DNA from: a virus
Taxonomy: Duplodnaviria; Caudoviricetes
Virus record (IMG/VR): IMGVR_UViG_3300020049_007737
Coordinates: 1-64,000 of that record
Strand: one strand, 5' to 3'
DNA: 64,000 nucleotides
In this document: piece after piece, positions 1 through 10,999 of the stretch
Numbering within the stretch: position 1 is the first letter of the stretch
Layout: the number at the start of each line of letters is the position of its first letter
Notes under the pieces: generated by a model
What the model was told of the DNA's origin: nothing
Seen by the model: only the letters and a program-made list of their open reading frames with translations
Databases searched by the model: none
Position numbers and translations under genes: made by a program

Positions 1-2
1 GG

Positions 3-269
3 TCTCCAAAAGGCGCTTCTGTAGGAACCGGATACGGTACTGTTACAGAAACGTACGCACAACCAAAAATTAACAATCCTAAACAATTAACACCAGCAGA
101 AAGACAATCAATGTTTGGTGGAATTATGAATGAAATGCAAAATGGAGGAATAGCTAATACTAATACCGTTCCATTTAGACCAACAGGCCCAATAGATCCT
201 GTTAATGGTTCTTTACCGGATGGTGAAGTAGGATTAGATATGATAATGGGATTAATGAATAATAAGTAA
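3..269 (+). CDS. 3' end of a hypothetical protein (5'-truncated by window)
   Basis: Open frame SPKGASVGTG...MGLMNNK ending at TAA 267-269, which overlaps the next ATG (TAATG). Confidence 0.75.
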   Translation, partial: SPKGASVGTGYGTVTETYAQPKINNPKQLTPAERQSMFGGIMNEMQNGGIANTNTVPFRPTGPIDPVNGSLPDGEVGLDMIMGLMNNK

Positions 270-676
270 TGGCATTTGGAGCAAAGAAAATATTTCCAAT
301 AGATACACGCCCTGGAACGGGTGTTGGAATAGGTTTACCTTTTAATGCTCCGGCTGTTTTTCCTATTACTTACACAACTCAAGAAGCAATTAAGAATAAT
401 TTAATTAATTTTTTCTTAACTAATAAAAATGAAAGATATTTAAATCCAACCTTTGGTGGAAGTTTAAGAGCATTTATTTTTCAACAAATAACCGAAGGTA
501 ATGTAAGTTCACTAAAAGAAGATATTCAATATCAATTAGTAACTTATTTTCCTAATATTATTATAGGAAACTTAAGTATAGATTCATACCCAGATACAAA
601 TCAGATAACAGTAATATTAACATATAGTATTAAAGATACTGGTATAACAGATACAATACAATTAGCATTTACATAA
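269..676 (+). CDS. Baseplate wedge protein, T4 gp25/GPW-like
   Basis: 135 aa with 'IKNNLINFFLTNKNERYLNPTFG', typical of gp25; directly upstream of the gp6-like gene. Confidence 0.85.
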   Translation: MAFGAKKIFPIDTRPGTGVGIGLPFNAPAVFPITYTTQEAIKNNLINFFLTNKNERYLNPTFGGSLRAFIFQQITEGNVSSLKEDIQYQLVTYFPNIIIGNLSIDSYPDTNQITVILTYSIKDTGITDTIQLAFT

Positions 677-2535
677 TGGCTACTAAAAAAAGAAACATAC
701 AATATATAAATAAAGATTTTAGTGAATTAAGAGCAAGTCTAGTAGACTATGCTAAAACTTATTTTCCTACAACATATAATGACTTTACAGAAGCATCACC
801 AGGAATGATGTTTATGGAGATGGCTGCTTATGTTGGTGATGTCTTATCATTTTATCTTGATAATCAATTACAAGAAACTTATTTACAATATGCTCGTCAA
901 ACTAATAATTTATTTGAATTAGCATATATGTTTGGTTATAGACCAAATGTAACTCAAGTAGCAACAGCCTATATTGATTTCTATCAACAAGTACCAGCTA
1001 AATTATCCGGTTCTACTTACGTACCTGATTTTGATTACGCTTTATTTATTCCACAAAACACACAAATATCTACTGCTACAACACCTTCAGTATCTTTTAT
1101 TATAGAAGATCCTGTAGATTTTTCAGTATCAAGTTCAAGTGATCCAACTGTAGTTACTATATATTCAACTGCCGGTAATAACCCAACATATTTCTTATTA
1201 AAGAAAACAAGAAAATCAATATCATCAAGAATTAGTACTACTAGTTTTAATTTTGGATCTCCAATTCAATTTAATACTGTTAATATCAATTCACCAAGAA
1301 TTATAGGAATTTTAGATGTAGTTGACACTGATGGAAATAAATGGTATGAAGTAGATTATTTAGCTCAAGATACAGTATATGATTCTATAAAAAATACAAA
1401 TGTAAATGATCCTAATTTATCACAATATAGTGGAGATACTCCTTATATTTTAAAATTAAAACAAGTCCAAAGAAGATTTACAACTCAATTTGTCAGCTCA
1501 GACTCGTTACGATTACAATTTGGAGCAGGTACAGCAACTGATACTGACGAAGTAATAATACCTAATTCAAATAATATTGGTATAGGTTTACCGTTTGAAA
1601 AAACAAAATTAACAACAGCATATGCACCATCAAACTTTATGTTTACTAAAACATATGGTATTGCGCCTTCAAATACAACTTTAACAGTAAGATATTTAAC
1701 AGGTGGTGGGGTTACATCAAACGTAGCAGCTAATACATTAACACTTTTAGCAGGTACTCCAACATTTATAAATTCAAATTTAAACCCTACAACATCAAAT
1801 ACTATATTTAATTCACTAGCAGTTACTAATCCAGTAGCAGCATCAGGTGGTGGTGATGGAGATACAATTGAAGAAATTAGACAAAATGCTTCTGCTAACT
1901 TTGCAACTCAATTACGTAACGTAACTCAAGATGATTATTTAGTTAGAACATTATCAATGCCTGCTAAATATGGTGTTGTATCTAAGGCATTTATTGAACC
2001 TACAAAAGCACAATCGTTATCTGCTGGTGAATCCAACTCAATATTAGATTTATATGTTTTATCTTATAATGCAAATCAAAAATTAGTAACAGCATCTTCA
2101 GCTATAAAACAAAATATTATAACTTATTTATCTCAATACAGAATGGTAAATGATGCTGTTAATATTAAAGATGGTTTTATTATTAATATTGGAGTAAATT
2201 TTGATATTATAGTATTACCTAATTATAATAGTAACCAAGTTTTATCAAGTTGTATTTTAGCTTTACAAGATTATTTTGCAATAGATAAATGGCAAATGAA
2301 TCAACCTATTTTATTAAGAGATATTTATATTTTATTAGATAAAATAGACGGTGTTCAAACTGTTAAAACAGTAAATATTACAAATTTAGTAGGAGAAAAT
2401 TTAGGATATTCACAATATGCTTATGATACAACAGCAGCAACAATTAATAATGTTGTTTATCCATCATTAGATCCTTCAATATTTGAAGTAAAATACCCAA
2501 CACAAGATATTCAAGGTAGAATAGTAAACTTATAA
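676..2535 (+). CDS. Baseplate wedge subunit, T4 gp6/baseplate J-like
   Basis: N-terminal 'DFSELRASL..YFP..YNDF...SPG'; 'ASGGGDGDTIEEIR...QLRNVTQDDY' motif. Confidence 0.85.
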   Translation: MATKKRNIQYINKDFSELRASLVDYAKTYFPTTYNDFTEASPGMMFMEMAAYVGDVLSFYLDNQLQETYLQYARQTNNLFELAYMFGYRPNVTQVATAYIDFYQQVPAKLSGSTYVPDFDYALFIPQNTQISTATTPSVSFIIEDPVDFSVSSSSDPTVVTIYSTAGNNPTYFLLKKTRKSISSRISTTSFNFGSPIQFNTVNINSPRIIGILDVVDTDGNKWYEVDYLAQDTVYDSIKNTNVNDPNLSQYSGDTPYILKLKQVQRRFTTQFVSSDSLRLQFGAGTATDTDEVIIPNSNNIGIGLPFEKTKLTTAYAPSNFMFTKTYGIAPSNTTLTVRYLTGGGVTSNVAANTLTLLAGTPTFINSNLNPTTSNTIFNSLAVTNPVAASGGGDGDTIEEIRQNASANFATQLRNVTQDDYLVRTLSMPAKYGVVSKAFIEPTKAQSLSAGESNSILDLYVLSYNANQKLVTASSAIKQNIITYLSQYRMVNDAVNIKDGFIINIGVNFDIIVLPNYNSNQVLSSCILALQDYFAIDKWQMNQPILLRDIYILLDKIDGVQTVKTVNITNLVGENLGYSQYAYDTTAATINNVVYPSLDPSIFEVKYPTQDIQGRIVNL

Positions 2536-2539
2536 TAAA

Positions 2540-3733
2540 ATGGCAGTATATAAATTATTTCCGACTAAAGACGCAACAATATACTCATTGTTCCCAGCAA
2601 TGAATACGGGATTAGATCCTATCATAGAGGCTACACTTACCTCATTTGCATATTCAAACCCAAATCCTCAAACAAGTAGATTTTTAATTTCATTTGATGA
2701 AACTGAAATTGAAGATGTTTTAGAAAATAAAATAGGAATTAGTAGTTCAGCTCAACTTTTAAATACTTCAAGTTGGAAAGCTACATTAAATTGTTTTATA
2801 GCTACAGCAACTGGTTTAGAAATATCTCCTACAGGTACATTATTAGAATGTTATCCTGTATCGGGTGCTTGGGCAATGGGAACAGGTCAATATTTAGATG
2901 AACCTATTTCAACAGATGGAACTAGTTGGGTGTGGCAAGATTACTCAGGTTCAATACCTTGGAATACATCGAATTTTGGTACAAGTGCTACAGGTTCATA
3001 TAATACAACATATGCACCTGCTGGTGGAGGAACATGGTACACAGGTTCTGTAATCCCATCAAGACTAAATTCAGATTTATATCCAGTAACAGCATCACAA
3101 ACATTTAATTATAGACAAACAAAAGATACTAATTTCAATGTATCTAATATAATTAGAGCATGGTACACAGGTGCTATTCCTAATACTTCATTTGATGGAT
3201 TTATAATTAAACAAAATCCTGAATTCGTAAATAGTAAAGATTATCAACCAGAATTAAAATATTATTCTGTTGACACAAATACTATTTATCCTCCACAACT
3301 ACAATTTAGTTGGAGAGACTATACATTTAATACTGGTTCATCAACACAAACAATATTAAACGTATTACCGGCAACAATAACAATAGAACAAAATCCTGGA
3401 ACCTTTTATAACGAAAGTATAAATAGATTTAGAGTAAATGCTCGCCCAGAATTTCCAGTTCAAGGATGGCAAACATCATCAGTTTATACTAATAATTACT
3501 ATTTACCTACAGCATCATATTATGCTGTAAAAGATTTATATACTAATGAAATGATAATTGATTTTGATCCTTTATATACACAATTAAATGCTGATTCTGT
3601 ATCTAGTTATTTTGATGTATTTATGAGTGGTTTAGAACCTGAAAGATATTATACTATTTTAATTAAAACAACTCTTAATGGTTCTACTATAGTATTTAAT
3701 GATCAATATTCATTTAAAGTTGATAATGCATAA
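2540..3733 (+). CDS. Virion/baseplate-associated structural protein
   Basis: In the baseplate operon; S/T-rich, beta-type sequence; N-terminal 'KDATIYS..P..NTG.D'. Confidence 0.55.
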   Translation: MAVYKLFPTKDATIYSLFPAMNTGLDPIIEATLTSFAYSNPNPQTSRFLISFDETEIEDVLENKIGISSSAQLLNTSSWKATLNCFIATATGLEISPTGTLLECYPVSGAWAMGTGQYLDEPISTDGTSWVWQDYSGSIPWNTSNFGTSATGSYNTTYAPAGGGTWYTGSVIPSRLNSDLYPVTASQTFNYRQTKDTNFNVSNIIRAWYTGAIPNTSFDGFIIKQNPEFVNSKDYQPELKYYSVDTNTIYPPQLQFSWRDYTFNTGSSTQTILNVLPATITIEQNPGTFYNESINRFRVNARPEFPVQGWQTSSVYTNNYYLPTASYYAVKDLYTNEMIIDFDPLYTQLNADSVSSYFDVFMSGLEPERYYTILIKTTLNGSTIVFNDQYSFKVDNA

Positions 3734-4071
3734 TGGAACAAATAACTCCTAATAAAACAGTATATGATAAAAATCAATATGAAAAAGTAATAAACACATC
3801 TTTTACTCAATTGGTTCAACCACAAGTAACAAGTTCTATACCAACAGTTACTGTTGCTGAATTTTTCCAAAATTATCAAGAATTATTCTTTTCTATACCT
3901 AAGTTTGGAGATACAAATTCTCATGAGTATCTTGTTAAAACGAGTGGTGAATATATCGGATCTACTAACACAAATGATGATTTAATCCAAGCACTGTTAG
4001 AAGAAACAAATCAATTAAGACAAGAAAACATTAGTTTACAACAACAACTTATTTCAGGAAGTACAATATAA
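3733..4071 (+). CDS. Hypothetical protein with C-terminal coiled coil (baseplate operon)
   Basis: Translationally coupled (TAATG); heptad-like C-terminus. Confidence 0.6.
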   Translation: MEQITPNKTVYDKNQYEKVINTSFTQLVQPQVTSSIPTVTVAEFFQNYQELFFSIPKFGDTNSHEYLVKTSGEYIGSTNTNDDLIQALLEETNQLRQENISLQQQLISGSTI

Positions 4072-4074
4072 TAA

Positions 4075-7000
4075 ATGGCAGAAATAATCAACATACAGAA
4101 TATAAATCCTACAACATTCGAAATACAAACGTATTCTCCGGAAGATAATGCTCTTATTTATTCTACAACAGTAGATAGTATTTTTAATTCTTCTACAGAT
4201 ATTGTAGAGTATTTTATATATGATTTAAATGGAAATATTTTATATGAAAATGTAAATGGATATCCTAGTTATTACATCAATAACGATATAATAACTTTAA
4301 CACCAGAAGAAAATTTAAAAGATAATGGTTTTACTGAAGGTAATTATAATACTTTATATAATTTCTTACGTCCAAAATTAGGATCTAATTCTCTTAATCA
4401 TTATTTCATATCAGAAATAAGTTCAGATAGAACAGAAATTAGATTAGATACAACGGTTATTCCTAACGATGTTGTAGTATCATCAACAGATGAATTATAT
4501 AGTGAAATTATTAATTCAACAGGTAGTTATTATGATTTTTATTTAGATTTTGGAAATAACCAATTAATAATAGCAAATAATGTTTTATTAGATAATTCTG
4601 ATACTAATAACCCAACAGTCTTAATAAAATTATATGAGGCTTTACCTCAACAATTTACTTTAAAAAATGAATTATGGGTAGTTACTAAAGTATCTGAGCC
4701 GGTTGCTTATAATATTAATATTGTAACAACTTTTAATACAACAGATAATTATATTTATTTAAAAGGTCCTAATACTAATTTAAATATTAAAGACCAAATA
4801 AATAATTCTACAGATTATATAAACTCAGCTAATTTAAATTCTACAAACACATCACAGGGCTCAGGTAGTTATCAATATCAATTAAATAGTTTATTAGCAG
4901 AAACAGGAATAGAAATTAACATAGATTATTCTGATTTTTCTAATTTTATTCACTTTTCATCAGCGCAAACACGTTTAGAAAATTTTTATTATAAATTATC
5001 ATTAATAGAACAATATAATTATAGTGCTAGTTTATCAAGTGGAACTCCAACAAATTATTATGTTTCTTCAAGTAATGTAGTATATCAAAACAAAATTGAT
5101 GATATTATAACTAATTTTGATGGATATGAATACTTTTTATATTATGAATCTGGTTCAGCATGTTGGCCTAAAACTGGAGGTACTCCACCTTATACAAATG
5201 TTAATACAACATCTGTATCAGGACAAGCATGGTTAGTAAGTCAATCATTAGTAGCCGAAAATTATGATTTAGAAAATAACAATGCTTTAACACTAGCTAT
5301 TCCTTCATATATTACTGATGATCCTGATAATTCACAATTTGAATTATTTGTAGAAATGATTGGACAAAGTTTTGATAGTGTTTTTGTTTATTTACAAGAT
5401 ATCACTAACAAATATAATGCTGATAATAGATTAAATTATGGTGTATCTAAAGAATTAGTAGCTAATATCTTAAGAGATATGGGTATTAAAATATATCAAA
5501 ATAATTTCTCATCAGATGACTTATACTCAGCTTTAATAGGTTTTACACCTTCAGGTAGTTTATATAATTTACCTTACACAACAACTCAACTACCAGTACC
5601 AAACAATTCGTTTTTAGAATATATAAACACGTATGTTACAGCATCAGCTACAGGTTCATTAATACCTACCGAAGATATAAATTTTGAAACGTATAAACGC
5701 ATATATGCTAATTTACCCTTATTATTAAAGAAAAAAGGTAGTACTCAAGGTTTAAAAAATTTAATAACTACTTATGGTATTCCTGATACTATTTTAAGAG
5801 TAAATGAATTTGGTGGTCAAGATAAAAATACCAACACATTTAATCAGTGGCAAAATGAATATAACTATACATTTAATGCTAATGGAAATAATTATGTATC
5901 TGCAAGTTGGTTATTAAATAATAAGTGGGGAGCAGCAGATAACGTTCCTGATACTGTAGAATTTAGATTTAAAACTAACGGTTTACCTACTTCAAGTATT
6001 ACATATTCTCAAAGTTTATGGAGTATGACTAACGTAGTAGGTACTAATCTTATTGGATTAGAATATACAGGCTCAGGTTATGCTTCAGGATCTTACTCAG
6101 GTTCAGTTGTTGATCCTTATTACCAATATGCTAGATTAGTTTATTATCCTGATACTAGTAATACAACTGATACAGCAAGTGTTTATTTACCTTTTTATGA
6201 TGGTGGTTGGTGGTCAGTAATGTTAACTAGAAATGGTTCTACATTTACACTATATGCTGCTAATAAAAGTACAGAAGTAAATGAAAATACAATAAATTTC
6301 CAAGCAAGTGCTTCTATTGTTACAAGCTCAGCAGATTGGACAACAACAACATCTGCAATAAGTTACTTAGGATACAGTGCGGCAATTAATTTTACTAAAT
6401 TCTCAGGTTCATTACAAGAATGGAGATACTATTCAGTACCTTGTTCACAAAGTACATTTGATTCTTATGTAATGAATCCTTATTCTATTGAACAAAGTGA
6501 ATACTTAGCCTTTAGAGCATCTTTAGGAGGAGAATTATATACTAGTTCAATATCTATACACCCAAAAATAACAGGTTCATGGATACCAACATCATCCTTT
6601 ACATCAAATAGTAATTTTAACTCATTTAATCCAATAATCTATACCCCTAATACTGAATTTATTTATTTTAATCAAGTAGTAGCAGGTATTCAAAATATTG
6701 TATCTAATAAATTACAAACACAAAATACAATATTACCTTATAGTGGTAGTAATGATCCTAACATTCCTAATAATTTAGTTTTATCTCCTTATATTTCAAT
6801 TCAACAATCAAATCCAATAAGTAGTTCTTACTCTAAAAATGTAGATTATGTTGAAGTAGGTTTTTCACCTCAAAATGAAATAAATGAAGATATAAATTCA
6901 TCATTGGGTTATTTTAATATTGGAGAATACATTGGTGATCCTAGACAAGTATCTTCATCAGCTGATTCATATCCTGATTTAAATACTTTAAGAGATTCTT

Positions 7001-9231
7001 ACTTTTTAAAATATTTCCAAAATTACCAAGAATGGGATTATATAAGATTAATTCAATTTTTTGATAATTCATTATTTAAAATGGTTGCTGATTGGGTTCC
7101 TGCAAGAACAGATTTAGCAGCTGGTATTATTATTAAACAACATTTACTAGAAAGAAATAAATATCCTGTACCACAAGTTGATATTTCTTCTTCTGTAGCT
7201 AATGTTGCTGCTGGTTCAACTAACGTTCCATTCTATCAACAAAATATATTATTTACTGGTTCATTACCAATTGAAACTATCACGGGCAGTGATGGTGGTA
7301 CATTACCTAATTTAAATGGTCAAACATCATCAATTATATTACCTGGTAACTATAATACAACTGTAACTCAAGTTTGGAATGGAAGCGTTAATGGTCCTTT
7401 AGGACCCGTTACATTTACTGATTCATACCAATATGAATTTTTTGATGGAGCATTTAGTGGGTCTGAAATAGTTGTTACTACTCAAAGTTTAAATCCTGAT
7501 AATATATTATTAGATAATCAAGCATTCTACCCAACAATTGCTAATTATCAAAATTTAAATACTAATACAGCAGGTACTATTACTTTAAATACTGGAACAG
7601 GTACATTACCTTTTAGTGTTTTAAATAATTTTATAACTTACTATAATACTTCTACTTACCAATATTCTCCTAATTATAATACAGTTTCAAATGTTTTTAT
7701 TACAATTTCATGTTCATTTAATTTCGCTAATCCTGGTGATAACTTTAATATTTATTTAGTTGAAGATACTAACGGTAATATTTCGAATTTAGGTAGTTTA
7801 ACATCAATTATAGTTGATGGAATCTTAAATTTATATATTCCTAATATTACTGTAAAAAGTGGTTCTATATATTATGTAGATTATGATGTATATCAAAGTG
7901 GACTAGGTCTCCCTACAGTTGATATCAATTCAGCTACTAATTGGATATTTAGCACAGTAAACCCTCAAACTACAGGTTACCCTAATGACCCTAACATTTA
8001 CCAACAATCAACATTCCCAGGCAATTTAGAATTATATCCTGAATACAATACTATTTTAAACAATGTTTATAGTAGTAGATTATCTGATAAATATCTTGAT
8101 GTAGATTATTCTCAACAAAATGTATTACCTGTAAATCAAGGGGTAATTATATCTCAATCAGCAGTACACGCTCAAGTACAAGATTCAAATTATACTTTAG
8201 CAAGAAATATTAACCCTCGTTATGTGGGTTCTAAAAACACAAGTGCTAAATACAATAGCTATACTGTTGGTGATTCATCTTATGGTAAAAAAGCAGCTAT
8301 AGATACTTATGTGGATTATTTTGTATATTATGATTATATAGAATCATCATACCCAGAATACCCAGGAGGAGGTAATATTCATTTAACATATTTAATAGAT
8401 AAAGAAGGTAAGGCTACACCATTAACAGGAGATAATACTAATTTATTTAATATATCTAATATATTTACACAAGGACAAACAGCAAATATATTACCAGTAT
8501 TATATGGAGCAGGACAATCTAATCCTGTAGTTAATATTGTTACTGGAGGGGCAAGATATACTTCAATAATGTGTGCTAATACAGGATCAGCTAATTTTCC
8601 TATTTCATTTACGGCTTCATACACAGCAGATGCTTTATATCCTCCAAGTGATCAAGTTATTTATTCTAGTTGTGCTTTTATATCAAGTTCAAATAATTTA
8701 AGTCTTACATTAATTGATAGTCCATCATCTGGATGGTTATATCCTTTTTTAACTTCAACAAGTAGTTTAAATTATTATGAATATAAAGATAATAGCAGTG
8801 GAATTATAATATTCAATAAAGATACTTATGGTATATTTGAACATGATGATAATTTTGTAGTAAGAATTTCTCCAAATAACACTTTATTTCCTATTCAAGA
8901 ATATGACTATATAAGATTTGGTGATTCTACTTGGGGTATGGACCAAAGTTTTACTGCTAAATACGGGATGCAAATAACAAGCGCATCAGGTGTAGATAGT
9001 ATACCAACAGGTATTTCACCTATTACATTAACTGGATTTTTATATTCAGGTCCAGGTACTAGCTCTATTAATAAAATTCAATATCGTATCTTTAGAAGAG
9101 TACCAAAAGATAATTATATAGTAATTAAAAATATACCATCATACACAGATTCAGGACTTTTAATTCCTCAAAATTATAATCCAACTCTTGATCCATATAC
9201 TTTAGCTAGAAAAGCAGGATTAATTCAATAA
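4075..9231 (+). CDS. Large baseplate/tail structural protein (gp7-like position)
   Basis: 1718 aa, N/S/T-rich; 'LLLKKKGSTQGLKNLITTYGIP' resembles the KG(T/S)xxG motif of wedge/P2 gpI-type proteins. Confidence 0.6.
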   Translation: MAEIINIQNINPTTFEIQTYSPEDNALIYSTTVDSIFNSSTDIVEYFIYDLNGNILYENVNGYPSYYINNDIITLTPEENLKDNGFTEGNYNTLYNFLRPKLGSNSLNHYFISEISSDRTEIRLDTTVIPNDVVVSSTDELYSEIINSTGSYYDFYLDFGNNQLIIANNVLLDNSDTNNPTVLIKLYEALPQQFTLKNELWVVTKVSEPVAYNINIVTTFNTTDNYIYLKGPNTNLNIKDQINNSTDYINSANLNSTNTSQGSGSYQYQLNSLLAETGIEINIDYSDFSNFIHFSSAQTRLENFYYKLSLIEQYNYSASLSSGTPTNYYVSSSNVVYQNKIDDIITNFDGYEYFLYYESGSACWPKTGGTPPYTNVNTTSVSGQAWLVSQSLVAENYDLENNNALTLAIPSYITDDPDNSQFELFVEMIGQSFDSVFVYLQDITNKYNADNRLNYGVSKELVANILRDMGIKIYQNNFSSDDLYSALIGFTPSGSLYNLPYTTTQLPVPNNSFLEYINTYVTASATGSLIPTEDINFETYKRIYANLPLLLKKKGSTQGLKNLITTYGIPDTILRVNEFGGQDKNTNTFNQWQNEYNYTFNANGNNYVSASWLLNNKWGAADNVPDTVEFRFKTNGLPTSSITYSQSLWSMTNVVGTNLIGLEYTGSGYASGSYSGSVVDPYYQYARLVYYPDTSNTTDTASVYLPFYDGGWWSVMLTRNGSTFTLYAANKSTEVNENTINFQASASIVTSSADWTTTTSAISYLGYSAAINFTKFSGSLQEWRYYSVPCSQSTFDSYVMNPYSIEQSEYLAFRASLGGELYTSSISIHPKITGSWIPTSSFTSNSNFNSFNPIIYTPNTEFIYFNQVVAGIQNIVSNKLQTQNTILPYSGSNDPNIPNNLVLSPYISIQQSNPISSSYSKNVDYVEVGFSPQNEINEDINSSLGYFNIGEYIGDPRQVSSSADSYPDLNTLRDSYFLKYFQNYQEWDYIRLIQFFDNSLFKMVADWVPARTDLAAGIIIKQHLLERNKYPVPQVDISSSVANVAAGSTNVPFYQQNILFTGSLPIETITGSDGGTLPNLNGQTSSIILPGNYNTTVTQVWNGSVNGPLGPVTFTDSYQYEFFDGAFSGSEIVVTTQSLNPDNILLDNQAFYPTIANYQNLNTNTAGTITLNTGTGTLPFSVLNNFITYYNTSTYQYSPNYNTVSNVFITISCSFNFANPGDNFNIYLVEDTNGNISNLGSLTSIIVDGILNLYIPNITVKSGSIYYVDYDVYQSGLGLPTVDINSATNWIFSTVNPQTTGYPNDPNIYQQSTFPGNLELYPEYNTILNNVYSSRLSDKYLDVDYSQQNVLPVNQGVIISQSAVHAQVQDSNYTLARNINPRYVGSKNTSAKYNSYTVGDSSYGKKAAIDTYVDYFVYYDYIESSYPEYPGGGNIHLTYLIDKEGKATPLTGDNTNLFNISNIFTQGQTANILPVLYGAGQSNPVVNIVTGGARYTSIMCANTGSANFPISFTASYTADALYPPSDQVIYSSCAFISSSNNLSLTLIDSPSSGWLYPFLTSTSSLNYYEYKDNSSGIIIFNKDTYGIFEHDDNFVVRISPNNTLFPIQEYDYIRFGDSTWGMDQSFTAKYGMQITSASGVDSIPTGISPITLTGFLYSGPGTSSINKIQYRIFRRVPKDNYIVIKNIPSYTDSGLLIPQNYNPTLDPYTLARKAGLIQ

Positions 9232-9247
9232 AAACAAAAACTTAATA

Positions 9248-9255
9248 TATTTATA
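9248..9255 (+). promoter_or_regulatory. Putative late promoter box TATTTATA
   Basis: Recurrent intergenic motif, 16 nt before the ATG at 9272. Confidence 0.65.
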
Positions 9256-9271
9256 ATAAATTGCAAAAAAC

Positions 9272-9934
9272 ATGGGATATTTAAATAATACCGTAGTAAC
9301 AGTAGACGCTATTTTAACTACTAAAGGTCGTCAACTATTAGCTCAAAATGATGGTTCGTTTCGTATTACACAATTCGCTTTAGCTGATGATGAAATTGAT
9401 TATACTTTATATAATCCTAATCACCCATCAGGATCAGCATATTATGGTGAAGCCTTAATCAACATGCCTTTACTTGAAGCATTCCCTAATGAAACCCAAG
9501 TAATGAAATATAAGTTAACTACTTTACCTCGTGGTACTGCTAGATTACCTATATTAGCTATTCCATCTAATATAATATTGAAACAAGGTCAATCACAAGT
9601 AATTACTCCTCAAACATTAAATTATTTTGGAGCAAATACCTTTGAACAATCAGGATACACATTTACAATATCTGATGTTAGATTAACTTCTACCTTCGAA
9701 GGTGTAGGTATTAATACCCCAAATGCCCAAGCATTAAATACAGCCGTTCAAACAACAGGAACTGTAGTATCTAAAACAGTAATTGGTACTTCATTAAATG
9801 TAAGAGGTACTACTGTAAACGCAATTTTCCCAGCTAACGCTACTGCCGGAACAATTTTACAAGCTACATTAAATATAGTAGGTAGAGATAGTGGAGCAAC
9901 AGCAACAATACCATTCCAATTAACTAAAGTATAA
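9272..9934 (+). CDS. Conserved phage structural protein (baseplate/fibre attachment)
   Basis: 'DAILTTKGRQLLA...FRITQFALADDEIDY' resembles the N-terminus of tail-collar/gpH-like proteins. Confidence 0.55.
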   Translation: MGYLNNTVVTVDAILTTKGRQLLAQNDGSFRITQFALADDEIDYTLYNPNHPSGSAYYGEALINMPLLEAFPNETQVMKYKLTTLPRGTARLPILAIPSNIILKQGQSQVITPQTLNYFGANTFEQSGYTFTISDVRLTSTFEGVGINTPNAQALNTAVQTTGTVVSKTVIGTSLNVRGTTVNAIFPANATAGTILQATLNIVGRDSGATATIPFQLTKV

Positions 9935-9944
9935 AATATAGAAT

Positions 9945-10994
9945 ATGTCATTTAAAGCATTTCAACCAAGCGATATTGTAGTAAGTAGTGATTCAATTAC
10001 TGCTACTTTATGGTCTACTAATTCACCACAATTAACAACATTTTTTACATCTTCTACTCAAGTAGCAAGCTCGGCTGGTAATTATTATTATAATGTTTAC
10101 CAAACAGGATCAACAATATCAGGATCAGCAGTACAATTTGCAATAGCTTATGGTAATGCTAATGGTAGTGGTAGTTTAAATTTTAATAATTTAGTTAATG
10201 GTCATTCTCCAACATCAACAATATTTGGTCAATATCAAGATTTAGTACTTGGAGATGAAAATATAGATTTTGTATTTGGTGCGATAACATCATCAGAATT
10301 TATTGCTATTTCTTTCGAAAGAGCTAGATATAAAGAATCATTATTTTTAGGTTCTTTAGGATTAACAATTAAAGGCCCAATCGCCACTTCAGGTTCAATT
10401 ACATTAACAGATAATAGTAATTATGTAAGTTCTGTTGTTTATACAAATGGTGGAATGAGAGTATTTCAATTAATTTCTGGTTCTCAAGGTGTTAGATACA
10501 CAGGTTCGGCTACAACAACAGATGGTTACTCACTTAACTCAGGATCATATGGTTGGTTATTACCAGATATTGGAACTATTTTACTAAACCCAAAAGCATT
10601 ATCAGCACCAACAGCTAGTGGAGGTATAGGATTTATATTTAGTGGGTCTGCTACAGCATCTGCAGCACCTGTAACTTCACCATTATCAACAATTTACACA
10701 GCAATAAGTGGAGGAGCATCATTTTATATCAATTCACAAGAAACTATATCTTCAGATTATATATTCGTAAGACCTCAAAGTTCAGAATTTAATTACTCTG
10801 AAAACCCAAGTTTCATTTCAGGATCTACTGGGGAAGTTTTATATAGTGATTTTATTAATAATCCACAAACATATATTACAACAGTTGGTTTATATAATGA
10901 TAGTAATGAATTATTAGCTGTAGCTAAATTGTCAAGACCATTATCTAAAGATTTTACTTCAGAAGCATTAATTCGTGTTAAGTTAGATTTCTAA
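9945..10994 (+). CDS. Baseplate/tail-fibre attachment structural protein
   Basis: C-terminal 'YITTVGLYNDSNELLAVAKLSRPL' (tail-collar-like); paralogous to the next gene. Confidence 0.55.
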   Translation: MSFKAFQPSDIVVSSDSITATLWSTNSPQLTTFFTSSTQVASSAGNYYYNVYQTGSTISGSAVQFAIAYGNANGSGSLNFNNLVNGHSPTSTIFGQYQDLVLGDENIDFVFGAITSSEFIAISFERARYKESLFLGSLGLTIKGPIATSGSITLTDNSNYVSSVVYTNGGMRVFQLISGSQGVRYTGSATTTDGYSLNSGSYGWLLPDIGTILLNPKALSAPTASGGIGFIFSGSATASAAPVTSPLSTIYTAISGGASFYINSQETISSDYIFVRPQSSEFNYSENPSFISGSTGEVLYSDFINNPQTYITTVGLYNDSNELLAVAKLSRPLSKDFTSEALIRVKLDF

Positions 10995-10999
10995 AATGA